DNA from: Curvularia clavata
Lineage: Eukaryota
Assembly: GCA_023920165.1 (NCBI GenBank)
Contig: CP089278.1
Coordinates: forward strand, 806,001-870,000
Length of the DNA stretch: 64,000 nt
Direction of reading: 5' to 3'
Part shown: piece by piece, positions 10,796-23,841 of the stretch
How positions within the stretch are numbered: the first letter of the stretch is position 1
How the letters are laid out: each line of letters begins with the position of its first letter
Made by a program: the position numbers and the translations under genes
The notes under the pieces: model-generated
Databases searched by the model: none
The model's input: only the letters and a program-made list of their open reading frames with translations
Told to the model about the DNA's origin: nothing

Positions 10796-11199
10796 TTTAA
10801 AAGCTCAAGATACCGGGTAAGTTGTGGCTTTCGCTACTTGTGAATCAATGTGTTGAGAAAGACGTAGGAATGCGCCATCGCTCAGGAAATTCTGTATCAG
10901 CCCTGGACGGCATGACGTTATGCCGAGGCAGCTCCGTACCTAGTGTATCGGCGGCGCGAACGCACACGCAACCATAGCGGTAAGAAGAGTCTCTGTATAA
11001 CAATGTTCAAGCGATGCCTTGTATACCTTGCTTGACTCTCGTTGCAAGGCTAGGCTGGGAGCGCATATAGATAAAACCTTGTCACATCACATTGGTACAA
11101 TATCATGACTTCAAGAGACCTTCAATATTGCAAAGGTGGAGCTTCGCATTCAGATTAAACCAGAAAAACTCCCTTACCACCCTCCCAATCCTCCCTTTT

Positions 11200-13037
11200 T
11201 CAAAAATTCACCACACTCGCCTCTAGCACGCCCTCCTCCCCAATCAGCATCTTCAGCACATCATCCCCCACCGGTTTATCTACTCCCAAAATCATCAAAG
11301 CCTCGTTACTCCTCTTCTCCTCGCCTCCATTCTGTCTCTCCTCCACCTCCTCATCCAACGGCGCCACATTCATAAACTTGATGTTGACCCCCGCCTTCCC
11401 CAACTGATTCCCCACATACCCAATCTTGCCTACAGAATCGAAGTTCCGGCAGATAATCAGCGTGCCGCGGGGTACGAATTCGCCTTTGAACTTGTCGAGG
11501 CGTGAGATAAAAGGGCGGTTTCCTGATACGGAGCCTTGGATGATTTGGTCATCGTCGGTGCTGTCTTGTGCGGGGCGTGTGCCAGAGCGAGATTGCTGCG
11601 ATACTGAGCGAGAGGCGCGGGCGCGGAGAGTGATAAATGACGAGTAGGGTTTTTCGTCATCGTTTTCGCGGGAGCGTTGCTCATTGATGAGGATGCCGCG
11701 TTCTTTTGCGAGGATCTCAGCGTTGACAATGTTGATGTTGAGACCGTCGCTTGAGGTAATGGGTGTCAGTAAGCCTTTGACGAGTGCGGCGAATAGAGGC
11801 TTAGTTGTGTTGATAGTGGCTAGATTGCCTTCGTAGATCAGGTCGAAGGTTGTACGGAAGGAATCCTTTTTGACGCTGGAGTAGTGCTGTGTGTACAAAC
11901 TGCCCATCTTCTCAACCAGACTGATGAAGGGTTGCAGAGTACGGTATTCATCGGGTAGTACTATGGGGGCGTTGACTGCGGAGCGAGGAAGCTCCCCTGA
12001 GAGAATGGACACTACCTGCTCGCACACATCGATGGAAACGTTCTCTTGTGCTTCTTTGGTTGACGCTCCGAGATGTGGTGTTGCAACTACCTTTGGATGC
12101 GCTATCAATCGAGTCGCGGACGAATTTGGCTCAGGAGGCTCGGACGTGAATACATCGATGCCAGCTCCTGCAATTTTGCCAGCATCCAGAGCTTCCACGA
12201 GGGCATCTTCGTCGATCATTCCGCCTCGTGCAACGTTTAGGATCCGTGCCGTGGGCTTCATTGTCTCCAGCTCTGCCTTTCCAATCATACCTTTGGTCGA
12301 GGCAATCAGAGGCGTATGGAGCGTCAGGAAATCTGCTTCTTTCAGGATCTCTGCGAGACTCGGTTTCAAAGTTACTGAAGCAGCAGCTGCCAAATTTGGA
12401 TTGGCATAAGGATCGTATGCTATCAGTCGCATGCCCAGGCCGTTGGCAATTCGAGCGACCGTGAGACCAACTATGACCGCGTAAGCAGTATTCACGCTCT
12501 TTGCTCTTGTTCATTACCTTTTCCCAGGCCCACTATAGCAAGAGTCTTGCCCTTGGCTTCTACTCCCACAAGCCGACTTCGCTCCCATTTGCCAGCCTTG
12601 ATACTTTGTGAAGCATCACCCACGTTCCGAGAAACGGCCATCAACACTTGTCTGGATTAGCAGATACTCCATTCGCATTCAACACTCTGCTTACGCGCAA
12701 TTGTATGCTCTGCTGCCGCATTGATGTTTCCCGAAGGCGAGTTAACAACAATGATGCCATGCTGAGTTGCACTTTGGACATCCACATTATCCACACCAAC
12801 ACCAGCACGTGCTACCACTTTCATGTTCTTCGCCGCCGCCAGCAGATCAGCTGTCACTTTGGTCTCGGAGCGAACAATCAAAGCGTCATATTCGCCGATG
12901 ATACCCTTGAGCTCATCGGGGCTGAGTCCCTTCTTTTCATCTACATCGAACTGATCTTTTAACAAAGCTAAGCCATCTGGTGAGACTTTCTCTGGGATGA
13001 GAATCTTGCGCTTTTTGGTATGCTGAGAGATCGCCAT
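11200..13037 (-). CDS. serA: D-3-phosphoglycerate dehydrogenase with C-terminal regulatory (ACT-like) region
   Basis: IVRSETK, RAGVGVDNVD, GLGKVG (across an intron), NVARGG, TPHLGAST. Introns at ~12694-12647 and ~12518-12471. Confidence 0.9.
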
Positions 13038-13663
13038 TTTGAGTAAGGACTGTGCTAATTGCCCTGTCTATGCGTGAAGCTGATAGTAAGAAGGCTTCTA
13101 TAGAGGTGCTGCAGCGGGATAATACAAAGAGAGCTTTGTAGCACTGATGATGGTGCCCTTGATCACGGTACTGTAGGGATTTCCGGAATGAAGCAGAGTG
13201 TAGCACTTAGGGTCAACATACAACCCTCTGAATGAGCCACGCTGAGTACTGTATTTAAGTACATTGAGATGAGCCGCTATCGGGCCCTTACAGTGACTTT
13301 CGTCAGATGGTGCTGATACATGGGGGCTGAGCTGTTTCCGGTTACCCCGCACTTTAACCCCACGGGGTACGTTCTAGGGCGAGTTGAATGGATGTACCTA
13401 AATGATGGGACGAGTATGCAATCAACTCATGACTGATCATTGAATGCCCTTTCAACGCATGTGATATGTGTAAAGCGCTAGATAAATATTTGACATCCCA
13501 CTGGACTTGTATGATAGTGAAGAAGAATATCCGTCGTAGTACCATAAAGCACATCAGTGGTGTAGCACAGCCAGCTAGCTCAAAGCGGGGTTAGAGTGAT
13601 TGGATGGTGAATTTGTGTCGCGTGGGATATGTACATGATGGGCGGATAGTCGGCGCCGATTAT

Positions 13664-14796
13664 TTACCAATTGCTACGTGTCTTGAGCTTCTCGTTTTGC
13701 ACAACCTCGATCCAGTAACCGTCGGGGTCTGCAAAATTGTCAGCTGTCATACGTGTGTGTCAGAACCATATAGACATACCTAGTACGAATGCAATGTTCT
13801 TCATGCGGCCATCGGTGAGCCTCTTCTTCCAATTGACCTTCTTCTCCTCAAAACGAGCACATGCGGCATCTAGGTCGTCCACAGCGATGCAAATATGACC
13901 GAAGCCTTGTGGCTCATCATTACCGTTGTGATACTTGAAGTTGGCGTTCTTTTCGGTTCCGTAGTTCCATGTTAGCTCAAGGAGGCCTTCGTTGTCCGCA
14001 ATAGGATTCACGCCGTTCGCCGTAGTTTCTGGTGCATCTGCACCATAGCCGAGGAAGTAGAGATTGAATTCCGCACTTGGGTTTTCTGATGTGCGCTTGA
14101 GCTTCATGCCCATGACGTCTTGGTAGAAGTTGAGAGAAGCATCCTTGTCCTTGACGCGGATCATGGTGTGGTTCTGCTTGTGTTAGTTTTGTCGACGCTA
14201 GACCGTTCCGATAGTACCCACCATGCGATATGTGCTGGTGTCTGTGTCCTTGACACTTTCAGTCTCCTCCAATGGCTTTTGGCCAATCACCTCTACCCAG
14301 TAGCCATCGGGGTCAAGCACGAAAGCGATATGGCGCATGCGACCGTCTGTCAGCTTCTTCTGGAACTTATACCCAGCATCCTCTAGCCTTTGACACGCCG
14401 CCTGGATGTTGTCAACCGAAATGCAAAGATGTCCAAAGCCTTTGTGCGGCTCCGTGTTGCCGTTGCTAATCTTGTAGTTTGGGTCGTCCTCTGTCCCATA
14501 GTTGTGAGTCAACTCGACAATGCCTTCACGGTCTGTCCAGTGGTTGCCATGGGAGACGGCTTTCGGGCTGTCGTATGCGAGGAAGTACAGGTCAAATTTA
14601 GCGTCGGGGTTCTTGATCTGGTTGATCTGTTTCATGCCGAGGAACTCATAGAATTGAACAGAGCGCTTAGGATCCTTGACACGGATCCTACAAACAGTTA
14701 GTCAATGGCCAATTGCAATTGCTGAACACGACAAATGCGCCATGCAGGTACTCACATGGAGTGGTTGAGCTTGTACTTGGTTGGATCGGTCGCCAT
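13664..14796 (-). CDS. GLO1: Lactoylglutathione lyase (glyoxalase I), two VOC domains, multi-exon
   Basis: MATDPTKYKLNHSM; duplicated ELTHNYGTE/ELTWNYGTE, GFGH.C and DPDGYW.EV motifs. Confidence 0.95.
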
Positions 14797-15756
14797 GGTC
14801 GCTAATGCCCGCTGGAAAATGCTCGTAGAGTGGCTTGGTCTGGCAAGTTGCAATGCGGTAGAAAGGACTATCTTTGATGCTTTAATACACGTTGGACGAG
14901 GGAGAAACATAAGCTGAGCTGTCTGACAAGATTACAGAAGAAATGAGGAGTGGGGGAATCCAAATGCTGATGACGTCTGGCATCCAATGGGAAGCTTCAT
15001 ATTTACCCCTCACCAACATCGTCATCCGGCTTTTACTCGGAGATACTATATGAAGTAAGCAGTCGCATTGTGCATTTGTGAGAACAGCCGTTCGCCGTTC
15101 AAACAGAGCCGTTGTCCAAGCAGCTCTATTGAAACACTTGTAGATTAGTGTCTGCGAATCCCAGAGTGAATACTCCGGAGTGTGGCCGCAGCGTGGTAAG
15201 GGCTCGCAACTACACGCATGTGATCTATGAACAGACATTATACTGAGGCATTACCAGATGTAGCTTGCGACCTCTTTGATAAGACAACATGTAGCATTTG
15301 ATGCCATACTGGTGACGACCACAGTGCCTGGCTGGCCGCTCTCGAAGAGCACGTGATCACGTGCAACGGAACAACAGCGCTCCGGCCGCGGGTCATAGCT
15401 TTGGGGCCTTGTAAACTTGGTCACGAACACCATGATGCCAACGATACAGGACACACACTAATTGTCTTCTATTCACTTTTTCGAGCCAGTCGTAGCTTCG
15501 GATCGGTCGCTGCTGCACAATCCTTTGCTTCCGCAGGTAAGCATCGGACTGTGGCCAAGCAGGCGCACAACACAGCTCGGGAAGGGGGTTGCGCCAACAT
15601 TCGACAGGTACGTGGTTCGGCTACATCACAACCATTCATGTCATCACCATTTGTCTCAGCACGTCCCATTTGCCTCGTAGCTGCGCCTCGTACAGAAAGT
15701 TCGCACACTTCTGTTTTCATTTATTATTAACAACGCCCACTACTAGCCTCCTGACC

Positions 15757-16471
15757 ATGTCCACCCTAGGTTTCCCAATGATCAACATCGGCAAAGTGAG
15801 CGACTGGCTCACTCAAAATGCTAATGAACACATATATCCGCGACTCTTGTAAGTTGCGTTTATCTAGGAGTACTGACTCAACTGACGTCAGGAGTTTGAT
15901 GTCCCCGAACGGCACTCTATTAGCATACTCCAAGCCTGTACAAACTAAAGAACTTCGCGATCAGGCTGCTCTCATTTCCATGGCATGGAAAGACAACTGT
16001 GTCGGTCGTCAAAAGCTCTCTGCGCGCAATGGGGCGGCAGACCATTCGCTGAAACCCGCACTCCACACGCTCACCATTGAAACCCAGGACTGCAACATTA
16101 TAGTGCGTTTGCTACAACCAGAGCTCCTATTGGTCCTCATTGGCAGAATCCCCCCAAACAAAAAACAGGCCTTCAAAATTTCGCCTGAGGGACAGGGAGA
16201 CTCTAGATATCCAGATATCGATGTTGCTCTGTCGCGCCCAGGCTCAAGTCAGGCAGACGGATCGGGTGACAACCTACGACCTAGCAATGGTGGATCAGCT
16301 GTGAAGAACAAGGCGCCCTCACTATTTAGCAACATGAGTCAGCGCGAAAAAGACATCCGGGGTGGTGCTCTTCACGTGCAACGAAAGAAATTAGATGCCT
16401 TGGCCGAATACGTCCTCAGAGATTTTGAAGACACATCGTTCGTTATGCCAGCAGATGCAGACCTGCAGTAG
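15757..16471 (+). CDS. Roadblock/LAMTOR-like domain protein
   Basis: ATG 15757, intron ~15849-15891. LMSPNGTLLAY...AALISMAW...LLLVLIG pattern resembles the Roadblock fold. Confidence 0.55.
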
Positions 16472-17987
16472 TGTGCAGGCTCTTTGTCATCATCCAAGAG
16501 CACGCAGCCCTACGCACAGGCTTCGTTCACCTTTAGCTCTGATGTTTCCCAATATTTCGATTTCTCGGCTATGCTAAATGCATGCATTGCGACTGCCTGC
16601 ATCCTTCAAGATAACGAAGGCCAGTCACACTCGTGGATCCAGACAAAGCAGCTTTTCAGGCACTCGATATATGCGGGCATTGGGTGAGAAGACATTACCC
16701 ACTTAATGGAATAACATGAGCCATGGTGGGGGAGTCCTTATGCATATTGGCATGTTACATAAGGCTATGGAAACTGCTTCAGAGGAAACCTGAACCTTGT
16801 TCAAATCAACCTTCCTACCGGAGTCGGCGATTAGCGGGCGCTCCCTCAAATTAGTATTGAGGCACGAATCGAATACTGGTCTTGGCATTCCGCACAACTC
16901 ACTGACACTTCCACGTCCTGGAATATCTGTTCATTAAAGCTGCCCTTTGTGCCCAGATGCAGCACACTAAGAAACGTTTCCACCTCCATTGAGTGCGACA
17001 ATCATGGCCTAGGAAGTCGCCGGGCAAGTTCACAAATCTGCACCAAAAACACTTCGGGCTGCATTGCCTGGCATCGTTAGGGATTTGGGTTGAACTTTTA
17101 TCATCTTCACAACGCGAGGTTCGTTGGATAACATCCTCAATCTGTATCCCGGTTGGCCATAAGCTTTTTGTTTGCTCTCGTGCTTTTCGGCTTTCCAAAT
17201 ACCCCCTTCTGTCGGCCAATCGTCATCTGGATTTAAAGTTCTGCTAGTGCACAAGTCTGTAACACTGGAGGTTGAATGTTCTTCAAGATCAAGAGGGATA
17301 TTTTCTTTGAGAGATGGGTCTTCCAAGAGGAAAATGAGCGATCAATACCAGAACTCTTCTTAGTTACAATGACTATGCTTTTGTATTCCCAAGTGCTTTT
17401 TTGTCTTTTTGTGGGTGGTGTACAAAGATGTTAACACGTTGATGGAGTAAGATTCTTGTAGTATGGCCTTCGGCCGAAGTCTGGAGGCTGCCATATGAGC
17501 TGGAAGAACAGTAATTTGTACGTGAAGGAACCTTAGATACGAATACTATTCACATAATGTATTGTGATCTTATAATTGGCCGCCGACTAATCAGATCTCC
17601 GAGCACCGGGATTTCCCCGCCATGATCCCCGCTTGGCGTCTGAAGCACGCAATTCGCGCTAGGGCCAAATTCTCAACGCGTAAAGGCGACAATCCGTCCA
17701 TTTGCAATCTATCGCCCGAAAGACGTGCTAGATCCTGTCGTAAGAGCCAATCATGAGCATTCTGAACGATTGCGTCTTCCTCGGTGCTCAATCTGCCGAT
17801 GTCGCTACTGGACGGCGGCACTTTTTGTCCCCTATGAGACGACCACTCCACCCCACCGATAAGTTCCCCAGGTGAAGTCTCAGGGAGGGTCTAGTTCACC
17901 TCTCACTCTTTCCCTCGTTTTAAAGAGAGACTCTCAGAACTTTTCGTCAAAGGCTGAGACGTCGAGGCGCATACATCGCCTTCCAAG

Positions 17988-20900
17988 ATGCATTTCCAGC
18001 AGACTGACTCTGCCGGCCCTGGTGCCGAGCAGAGCGCACCCAAGGAATTCACCAAGAAGTCCTCGAGTCTACCATTCGGCCAGGACCTCTCTTACGAGTC
18101 CATCAGCGGCCCTACCTACCTCACAGCGCAAACCCTCGTTCAACAGGTTGCATACGCCCTCTCGGATAAGATCTTCGCATACTCCGCCGAGTCTTTTGAT
18201 CTGGACGTAGCAGTCAAATACTGGCAAGAACAGGGCGAGAAGAATGCTTTTGGTTATCAGACTGGAGTTTCCTCTCTGGAGACAAGGACTGGCGCAGGCG
18301 CAATCGCGTTGGGTTACATGTTCTCCAAGGACTTTGACTTGAAGAAACGCCACATTCCACAGTCAATCATTGCGTCTTCCTCGACCTTGAACCACCTCCG
18401 CTCGTCTCTCGACCAGTTGGCCGCCCTCTACTCAGTTGCCAACCCTCTCACAGCCCACATCGCTGCCGTCGATTACTCTGCGAACGCCAGCGCTGGTCTC
18501 GTCACCGACTATGTTTCTTCTCTCGCACTTGCTGAAGATCTGGGCCTTGGTCTTCTCTGCAGTCCATCTGTCTTCGAGTCCCAACACATGGCTCTCTTCG
18601 CTACTCTGCTCTCGAGCGTCGTTCCTACTATTCACACATATGATGGCATAAGTGTTGGAAGAGAGACGGCAAGACTGGTTGACACGCTCGATCAGACTAG
18701 GCTGCACAACAGTTACGAGGCGGTGCTCAAGGCAGTGTCTGAAGTGGACAAGAAACACTCGGATACTGCTGGTCGTGTGCTGCGTCTCCTCCAAGCTTTC
18801 AACGACGAGCTTGGTGAGGACTACAAACTCTTTGACTACTACGGCCATGAGGAGCCAGAGAGTGTTCTCGTCGTGTTCGGAACTGTCGAGGCTTCTTTGA
18901 CCGCCCAAGTCGCGACCGCATTGTCCAAGGATGGTGAGAAGGTCGGTGTTATCAACGTTCGTGTATACCGCCCCTTCGTGGAGGAGGCTTTCTTGGAAGT
19001 GCTTCCCAAGAGCACTCGCCGCATTGCTGTCCTTGGTCAGGTCAAGGACGAAACTGCCGTGCTTGATCCTGCCGAGTACTCAAGGCTGTACGCCGATGTG
19101 CTGGCAGCTGTACATTTCACCCTCGACCGCAGCGTAGAGGTCACTGACGTCAAGTACTCTCGCGAGCAAGTCTGGACACCCAGCAACTTCCTCGATGCTT
19201 TCCGCCAAATCCACGCTGAGAAGGAGGGTACGGAAACCCGCTCCAATGTCGACATCTTGAACAATGCCGATGTGAAGCAGTACAGCTTCTGGAACGTGGA
19301 CGAATCCCTAGCTGCCAACGCGCCCGCTGTGCTCGGTAAACTCTTCTCTACCGACTCTTCGAAGAATGTCTTCGTACGCAGCGGACATGACAACTTGGTT
19401 CAAGGTGGCGTTACACGGACCGACATTCGCAACGCTGATTACACCATCGAGGCACCCTATGCTGTTGAGCAGGCTGATGTTGCTTTCATTGGCGACGAGG
19501 CCATACTCAAGTCGTTCGATGTCCTCAACAGTGTCAAGCCCGATGGCGCTATCATCGTCAAGCTTCCTGGTGTGAAGAACGAAGACCTTGAGAAGAAGCT
19601 CTCCCCAGCTTTCCGCAAGACTCTTGTCAACAAAGATGTGCAGCTCTTCATTCTGGACCCTGCCCTGTCTGAGGCTGTTGCTGAGGATGAGGCTCTGGAG
19701 TCTTTCCTCACCCAGCTTGCATTCTTGAAGGTCGCTCGTGAGGATCTCCTGACATCTGGGCTGTCCAAGCTTGCCGCTATCAACGGCAGCTCGGACGTTT
19801 TTGAGAAGCTTGCCACACAGCTCGAGGCTGCTCTGCGCGAGGTAGAGGTACCTGCTGCATGGGGCACTGCTGAGGACGTCGAGGCCGCCTATCTGCCCTC
19901 CGATATCAACGTCACTAGCTTTGCTCCCTTCGACCGCAACGAGCCTGAACCTCCCACCCTGCTCAAAGACTGGAAAATTGCTGCCAAGGGCTTCGCTTTC
20001 AAGGAAGCATACGGTACCTCCAACCAAGTGCGTCCCGACCTTGGCATTAAGACAAGCATCGTCCACGTCAAGGAGCGTCGCCGCCTTACGCCTGAGAACT
20101 ATGACCGTAACATCTTCCACATCGAGTTTGACTTGGGAGATTCTGGTGTCACTTACGCTATCGGTGAGGCTCTCGGTATCCACGCTGAGAACGACGAGGC
20201 GCAAGTCAACGAGTTTATCAAGTGGTACGGCCTCAACCCCAACGAGATCGTCGAAGTGCCATCACGCGAGGATCCCAACGTCTTGGTCAACCGCACCGTT
20301 TACCAGTCTCTTCTACAAAATGTCGACATCTTTGGCCGCCCTCCCAAGCGCTTCTACGAATCGCTTGCCGAGTTCGCCAGCGACGAGGCTGAGAAGCGCG
20401 AGCTACTCCAGATCATCAGTCCAGAAGGTGCCACCGAGTTCAAGCGCCGCGCTGAGGTTGACACCGTCACCTACGCCGATATCCTGCTTGAGTTCCCTTC
20501 TGCCCACCCAAGCTTCCACGACATTGTCCGCATTGTCAGTCCCATGAAGCGCCGCGAGTACTCGATTGCTTCAGCTCAACATGTAACCCCCAACTCTGTC
20601 TCCCTGCTCATCGTAACGGTAAACTGGGTCGACCCCAAGGGCCGCGATCGCTTCGGCCAAGCAACCCGCTACCTCAACAGCCTCAAGGTCGGCGCTCCCG
20701 TTACCGTCTCCGTGAAGCCTTCCGTCATGAAGCTTCCCCCCAAGACGACCGCCCCCATCATCATGGCTGGTCTGGGCACTGGTCTCGCCCCCTTCCGCGC
20801 CTTCGTCCAAGAGCGCGCCTACCAAAAGCAGCAAGGCCACGAAATCGGCGAGGTCCTGCTCTACATGGGCTCGCGCCACCAACGCGAAGAGTACCTCTAC

Positions 20901-21221
20901 GGCGAGGAATGGGAAGCCTATCAAGATGCTGGTATCATTACGCTCATCGGCCGCGCCTTTTCTCGTGATCAGCCGCAGAAGATCTACATTCAAGACCGTA
21001 TGAGGGAGTCGCTCAAGGATATTCGTCGCAGCTATCTTGAGAAGGAGGGCAGCTTCTATCTCTGCGGTCCTACATGGCCCGTTCCCGATGTCACGGAGGT
21101 CCTACAGGAGGCGCTCGAGGTTGAGCACAAGGCGAAGAACCCAGAGGCGAAGAAGATTGATAGTCGCAAGGAGATTGAGAAGTTGAAGGATGAGGGACGG
21201 TATGTGTTGGAGGTTTACTAG
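17988..21221 (+). CDS. MET10: Sulfite reductase (NADPH) flavoprotein alpha subunit
   Basis: 1077 aa. N-terminal PFOR-like region (VRVYRPF); C-terminal FAD/NADPH motifs RREYSIAS, GLGTGLAPFR, FYLCGP and terminal EVY. Confidence 0.95.
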   Translation: MHFQQTDSAGPGAEQSAPKEFTKKSSSLPFGQDLSYESISGPTYLTAQTLVQQVAYALSDKIFAYSAESFDLDVAVKYWQEQGEKNAFGYQTGVSSLETRTGAGAIALGYMFSKDFDLKKRHIPQSIIASSSTLNHLRSSLDQLAALYSVANPLTAHIAAVDYSANASAGLVTDYVSSLALAEDLGLGLLCSPSVFESQHMALFATLLSSVVPTIHTYDGISVGRETARLVDTLDQTRLHNSYEAVLKAVSEVDKKHSDTAGRVLRLLQAFNDELGEDYKLFDYYGHEEPESVLVVFGTVEASLTAQVATALSKDGEKVGVINVRVYRPFVEEAFLEVLPKSTRRIAVLGQVKDETAVLDPAEYSRLYADVLAAVHFTLDRSVEVTDVKYSREQVWTPSNFLDAFRQIHAEKEGTETRSNVDILNNADVKQYSFWNVDESLAANAPAVLGKLFSTDSSKNVFVRSGHDNLVQGGVTRTDIRNADYTIEAPYAVEQADVAFIGDEAILKSFDVLNSVKPDGAIIVKLPGVKNEDLEKKLSPAFRKTLVNKDVQLFILDPALSEAVAEDEALESFLTQLAFLKVAREDLLTSGLSKLAAINGSSDVFEKLATQLEAALREVEVPAAWGTAEDVEAAYLPSDINVTSFAPFDRNEPEPPTLLKDWKIAAKGFAFKEAYGTSNQVRPDLGIKTSIVHVKERRRLTPENYDRNIFHIEFDLGDSGVTYAIGEALGIHAENDEAQVNEFIKWYGLNPNEIVEVPSREDPNVLVNRTVYQSLLQNVDIFGRPPKRFYESLAEFASDEAEKRELLQIISPEGATEFKRRAEVDTVTYADILLEFPSAHPSFHDIVRIVSPMKRREYSIASAQHVTPNSVSLLIVTVNWVDPKGRDRFGQATRYLNSLKVGAPVTVSVKPSVMKLPPKTTAPIIMAGLGTGLAPFRAFVQERAYQKQQGHEIGEVLLYMGSRHQREEYLYGEEWEAYQDAGIITLIGRAFSRDQPQKIYIQDRMRESLKDIRRSYLEKEGSFYLCGPTWPVPDVTEVLQEALEVEHKAKNPEAKKIDSRKEIEKLKDEGRYVLEVY

Positions 21222-21840
21222 ACGGAGATGCTATGGTTTGAGCGATGATATAATGAGGATAGACATAGACCGGGTGTTTGGATTTTTCCCTAAAAGAACT
21301 GAATCCACTTTTTCTACATGAACTTTGAGACTTCTATCACGTACTGTTGTACTTGATCTCGTGTGGTGTGTTTCTAGTTTTACGTGTATGCAGTGTTCCT
21401 TTGCTTTGCTGTCTTTTTAGAGTACGTGTTGGGCGTGTTGTTTTCACATGACTTCGAAGAGAATATGAGTCTTGTAATGCAAAACTAAACCTGAACCTCT
21501 GGTTCTGCCATTGGAGAGTAGAGCGTTGTGTCTCTCTCTGATAACTATCATTACAATGTATATCGACCGGGATTTGCTCCGAGCACAGTAGTCAACTACA
21601 TCCCTTTCCCTCAAATACCATACTCTCTCCTCATCCATGCTACTATCGGAAACGATCGCATCGTCAAGCATCCACCGCACCACTTCTTATCTCACACAGG
21701 GCCAAAATCCACTCCAGGGGTAATGAGATATTCGCTGTGCATCCTCCGCAGCGTTCGAGTGCATATAGCAGTAGCGCATCGGCCAAGCAGGTTTCCGGAG
21801 TACCTCCACAGCCTATGCCTGTTCTTGCATTACAAGAAGC

Positions 21841-23214
21841 TTAGAGGCTTGAGGTCGAGTTCCTGCGATTAGAGGCTGATTTCCTCGCTTTCTTTGCTTT
21901 CCTGGCCGCTGCGACGCGTAGCTGGGCGAGATTGAGCGCTGCTTCTGCGGCTGCGATTTTAGCATTGAAGATGTTCTGGTCGTCGTCTTCGTCTTCTTCC
22001 TCGTCGTCGTCGTTGTGATCGTCGTTCTCAAAGCGGACAGTTGCATCGTCTTCACGACGATCTGGTGACGCTACAGTAAGATCGATGACATCTTGCTCGG
22101 ATTTAACCTGGACATTGTCCCTTTTGTTTCTAGTCTCAGGGGTGTTTTGTACAGGTGGCGTCGTAATACGAGATGGTGGCGGTGGGGGAAACATTCCGTA
22201 GCGAGATATGTTCCGATTGATGAGTTTAGTTGTGCTGGACTGGGGAGGAGGGGAAGACTGGCACAGAGAAGAAGATGAGGAAGGGCAGATGTCGTAGCCG
22301 GGATGTTTAGCGTGGCTACATCCAGAGGTGTGGTCTTTGGTGGAGTCTTCGCGGTTAAGAGGCACGGGGATTGTCTCTAGCAATGCATCTTCGACAGCAG
22401 AACGCTTGCGCTTTTTCTGTTTCTTACCACGAGAGACAGAAGAGAGTGTCTCAGAGGTGGGATTCTGGGTGTGCTTGTCCTTGGTCTGCGCTTTGCTTGA
22501 TGCAGCCGCGACGCCATGCTGTCTAGCACCCGGACCAAAATCAGGGCCTCGTTTGTTGCTTCTATAGGATTTCAGTTCCTCATTTTTAGGATTGCGATCT
22601 CCTTCATCTTTGAATTCCCGGCTGGCGTGCAAAGTGGGCTTGATTTCCTCGTTGGACTTATCCTGCTTCATATGTCGGAACAGCGGACTCCTCTTGAATG
22701 CATCCACAACATCCCATTTGTGGAGAAACATTTCTTCAATGACTTCGCAGTCGACTGCTGTTACATGTGGAGTGCGATCTTTCGTATTTCTGATGCGGTA
22801 GTTGACAACCTTGTTTATGGCGTTGCGAACCCAGTCTCGTTCAGAGGTAAGCTTGGCTATGTCCAAGATGCCTTTGAGAACTGATAGAGGCCATGCTCCG
22901 GCATTCCCCTCGTACAGTTCATATTCGGGGCGGCCCCAAGATGGATCATGTATGCGTGGGCGGCGGTGCATGGGAATGTAGGGTTTTGTGAAATGCGGCC
23001 CCCAGAAGTCCTTGATTTCCTTGATTACTGCCACTCTTTCTGGCATTTCTTCCTTCCTCACATCCTTAGAATTACGTGTGGTCTCGATAGGCGTCTTGTG
23101 CTCGCATGTTTGCGATCGTGTGGTTGGCATTTCGTTCTTCACCACAAAGTCAGATCTAGGTATGGTCTCGCTAGGCTTCTTAAGTGCGCGCTGTTGTGAT
23201 CGTGTGATTACCAT
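21841..23214 (-). CDS. Hypothetical protein (low-complexity, acidic and basic C-terminus)
   Basis: Open frame of ~457 codons from ATG 23214; no recognisable domain. Confidence 0.55.
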   Translation of the reverse strand: MVITRSQQRALKKPSETIPRSDFVVKNEMPTTRSQTCEHKTPIETTRNSKDVRKEEMPERVAVIKEIKDFWGPHFTKPYIPMHRRPRIHDPSWGRPEYELYEGNAGAWPLSVLKGILDIAKLTSERDWVRNAINKVVNYRIRNTKDRTPHVTAVDCEVIEEMFLHKWDVVDAFKRSPLFRHMKQDKSNEEIKPTLHASREFKDEGDRNPKNEELKSYRSNKRGPDFGPGARQHGVAAASSKAQTKDKHTQNPTSETLSSVSRGKKQKKRKRSAVEDALLETIPVPLNREDSTKDHTSGCSHAKHPGYDICPSSSSSLCQSSPPPQSSTTKLINRNISRYGMFPPPPPSRITTPPVQNTPETRNKRDNVQVKSEQDVIDLTVASPDRREDDATVRFENDDHNDDDEEEDEDDDQNIFNAKIAAAEAALNLAQLRVAAARKAKKARKSASNRRNSTSSL

Positions 23215-23841
23215 CCTATCTTTGAGCAAGCCATGGTCTGATATCGACTATCTTATGGAGGCGACTTCTCAATTCTCCTTGTTGGTGACTATAGCACGTT
23301 TTTGGCTGGACCTTGGGGAGGCCCATCCAACGCTCGTCTGAGGAGATAGTTAGCATATAAAGCACAAGAGAATCGTATTTTTGTTTAAGGCCTCTGAAAT
23401 AATGTGAAGATTCAAGGCTCTGCGTGTGGTATGAATCTTACATTTGTTTGGAGACCTGGTTTGTCGCAGCACAGTACTGCAGCGACGTCTCAACAGTACT
23501 CGTCGGGAGAAGCAGGATGAGCCGAATGCGGACCCTTCACCGGCGAGATAATCAGGACTTAACATACGCTCAAGTCGCTCTGGCTAAGAGGAAAATTTCG
23601 GGAAGTCGAAGAAAGAAGTTGGGTAGTCAAGCGGGTGAGAGCAATCAGAGTAAAAGGCTAGTGGATTCGAGTGGCCACCGCAAACGGCCGGTACTCACTC
23701 TAAGTGAGCAGTGAAGGCAGCAAACGGCGGTCGACTGCATTAGATGCTCAAACAGTAAACACAAGTCTGTAGCGAACCTCAACGATCATCTTGACTCGCT
23801 CGTGAGAAATTACTCTTCTCAAACAGCCACTCCCCCAATTT

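Noticed and set aside
16899..17363. Short ORFs between the Roadblock-like gene and MET10
   Set aside because: No recognisable motif or convincing start; cannot be supported.
18069..20993. Antisense ORFs within MET10 (likewise within GH2, BYE1 and serA)
   Set aside because: Shadows of biased codon usage on the coding strand.
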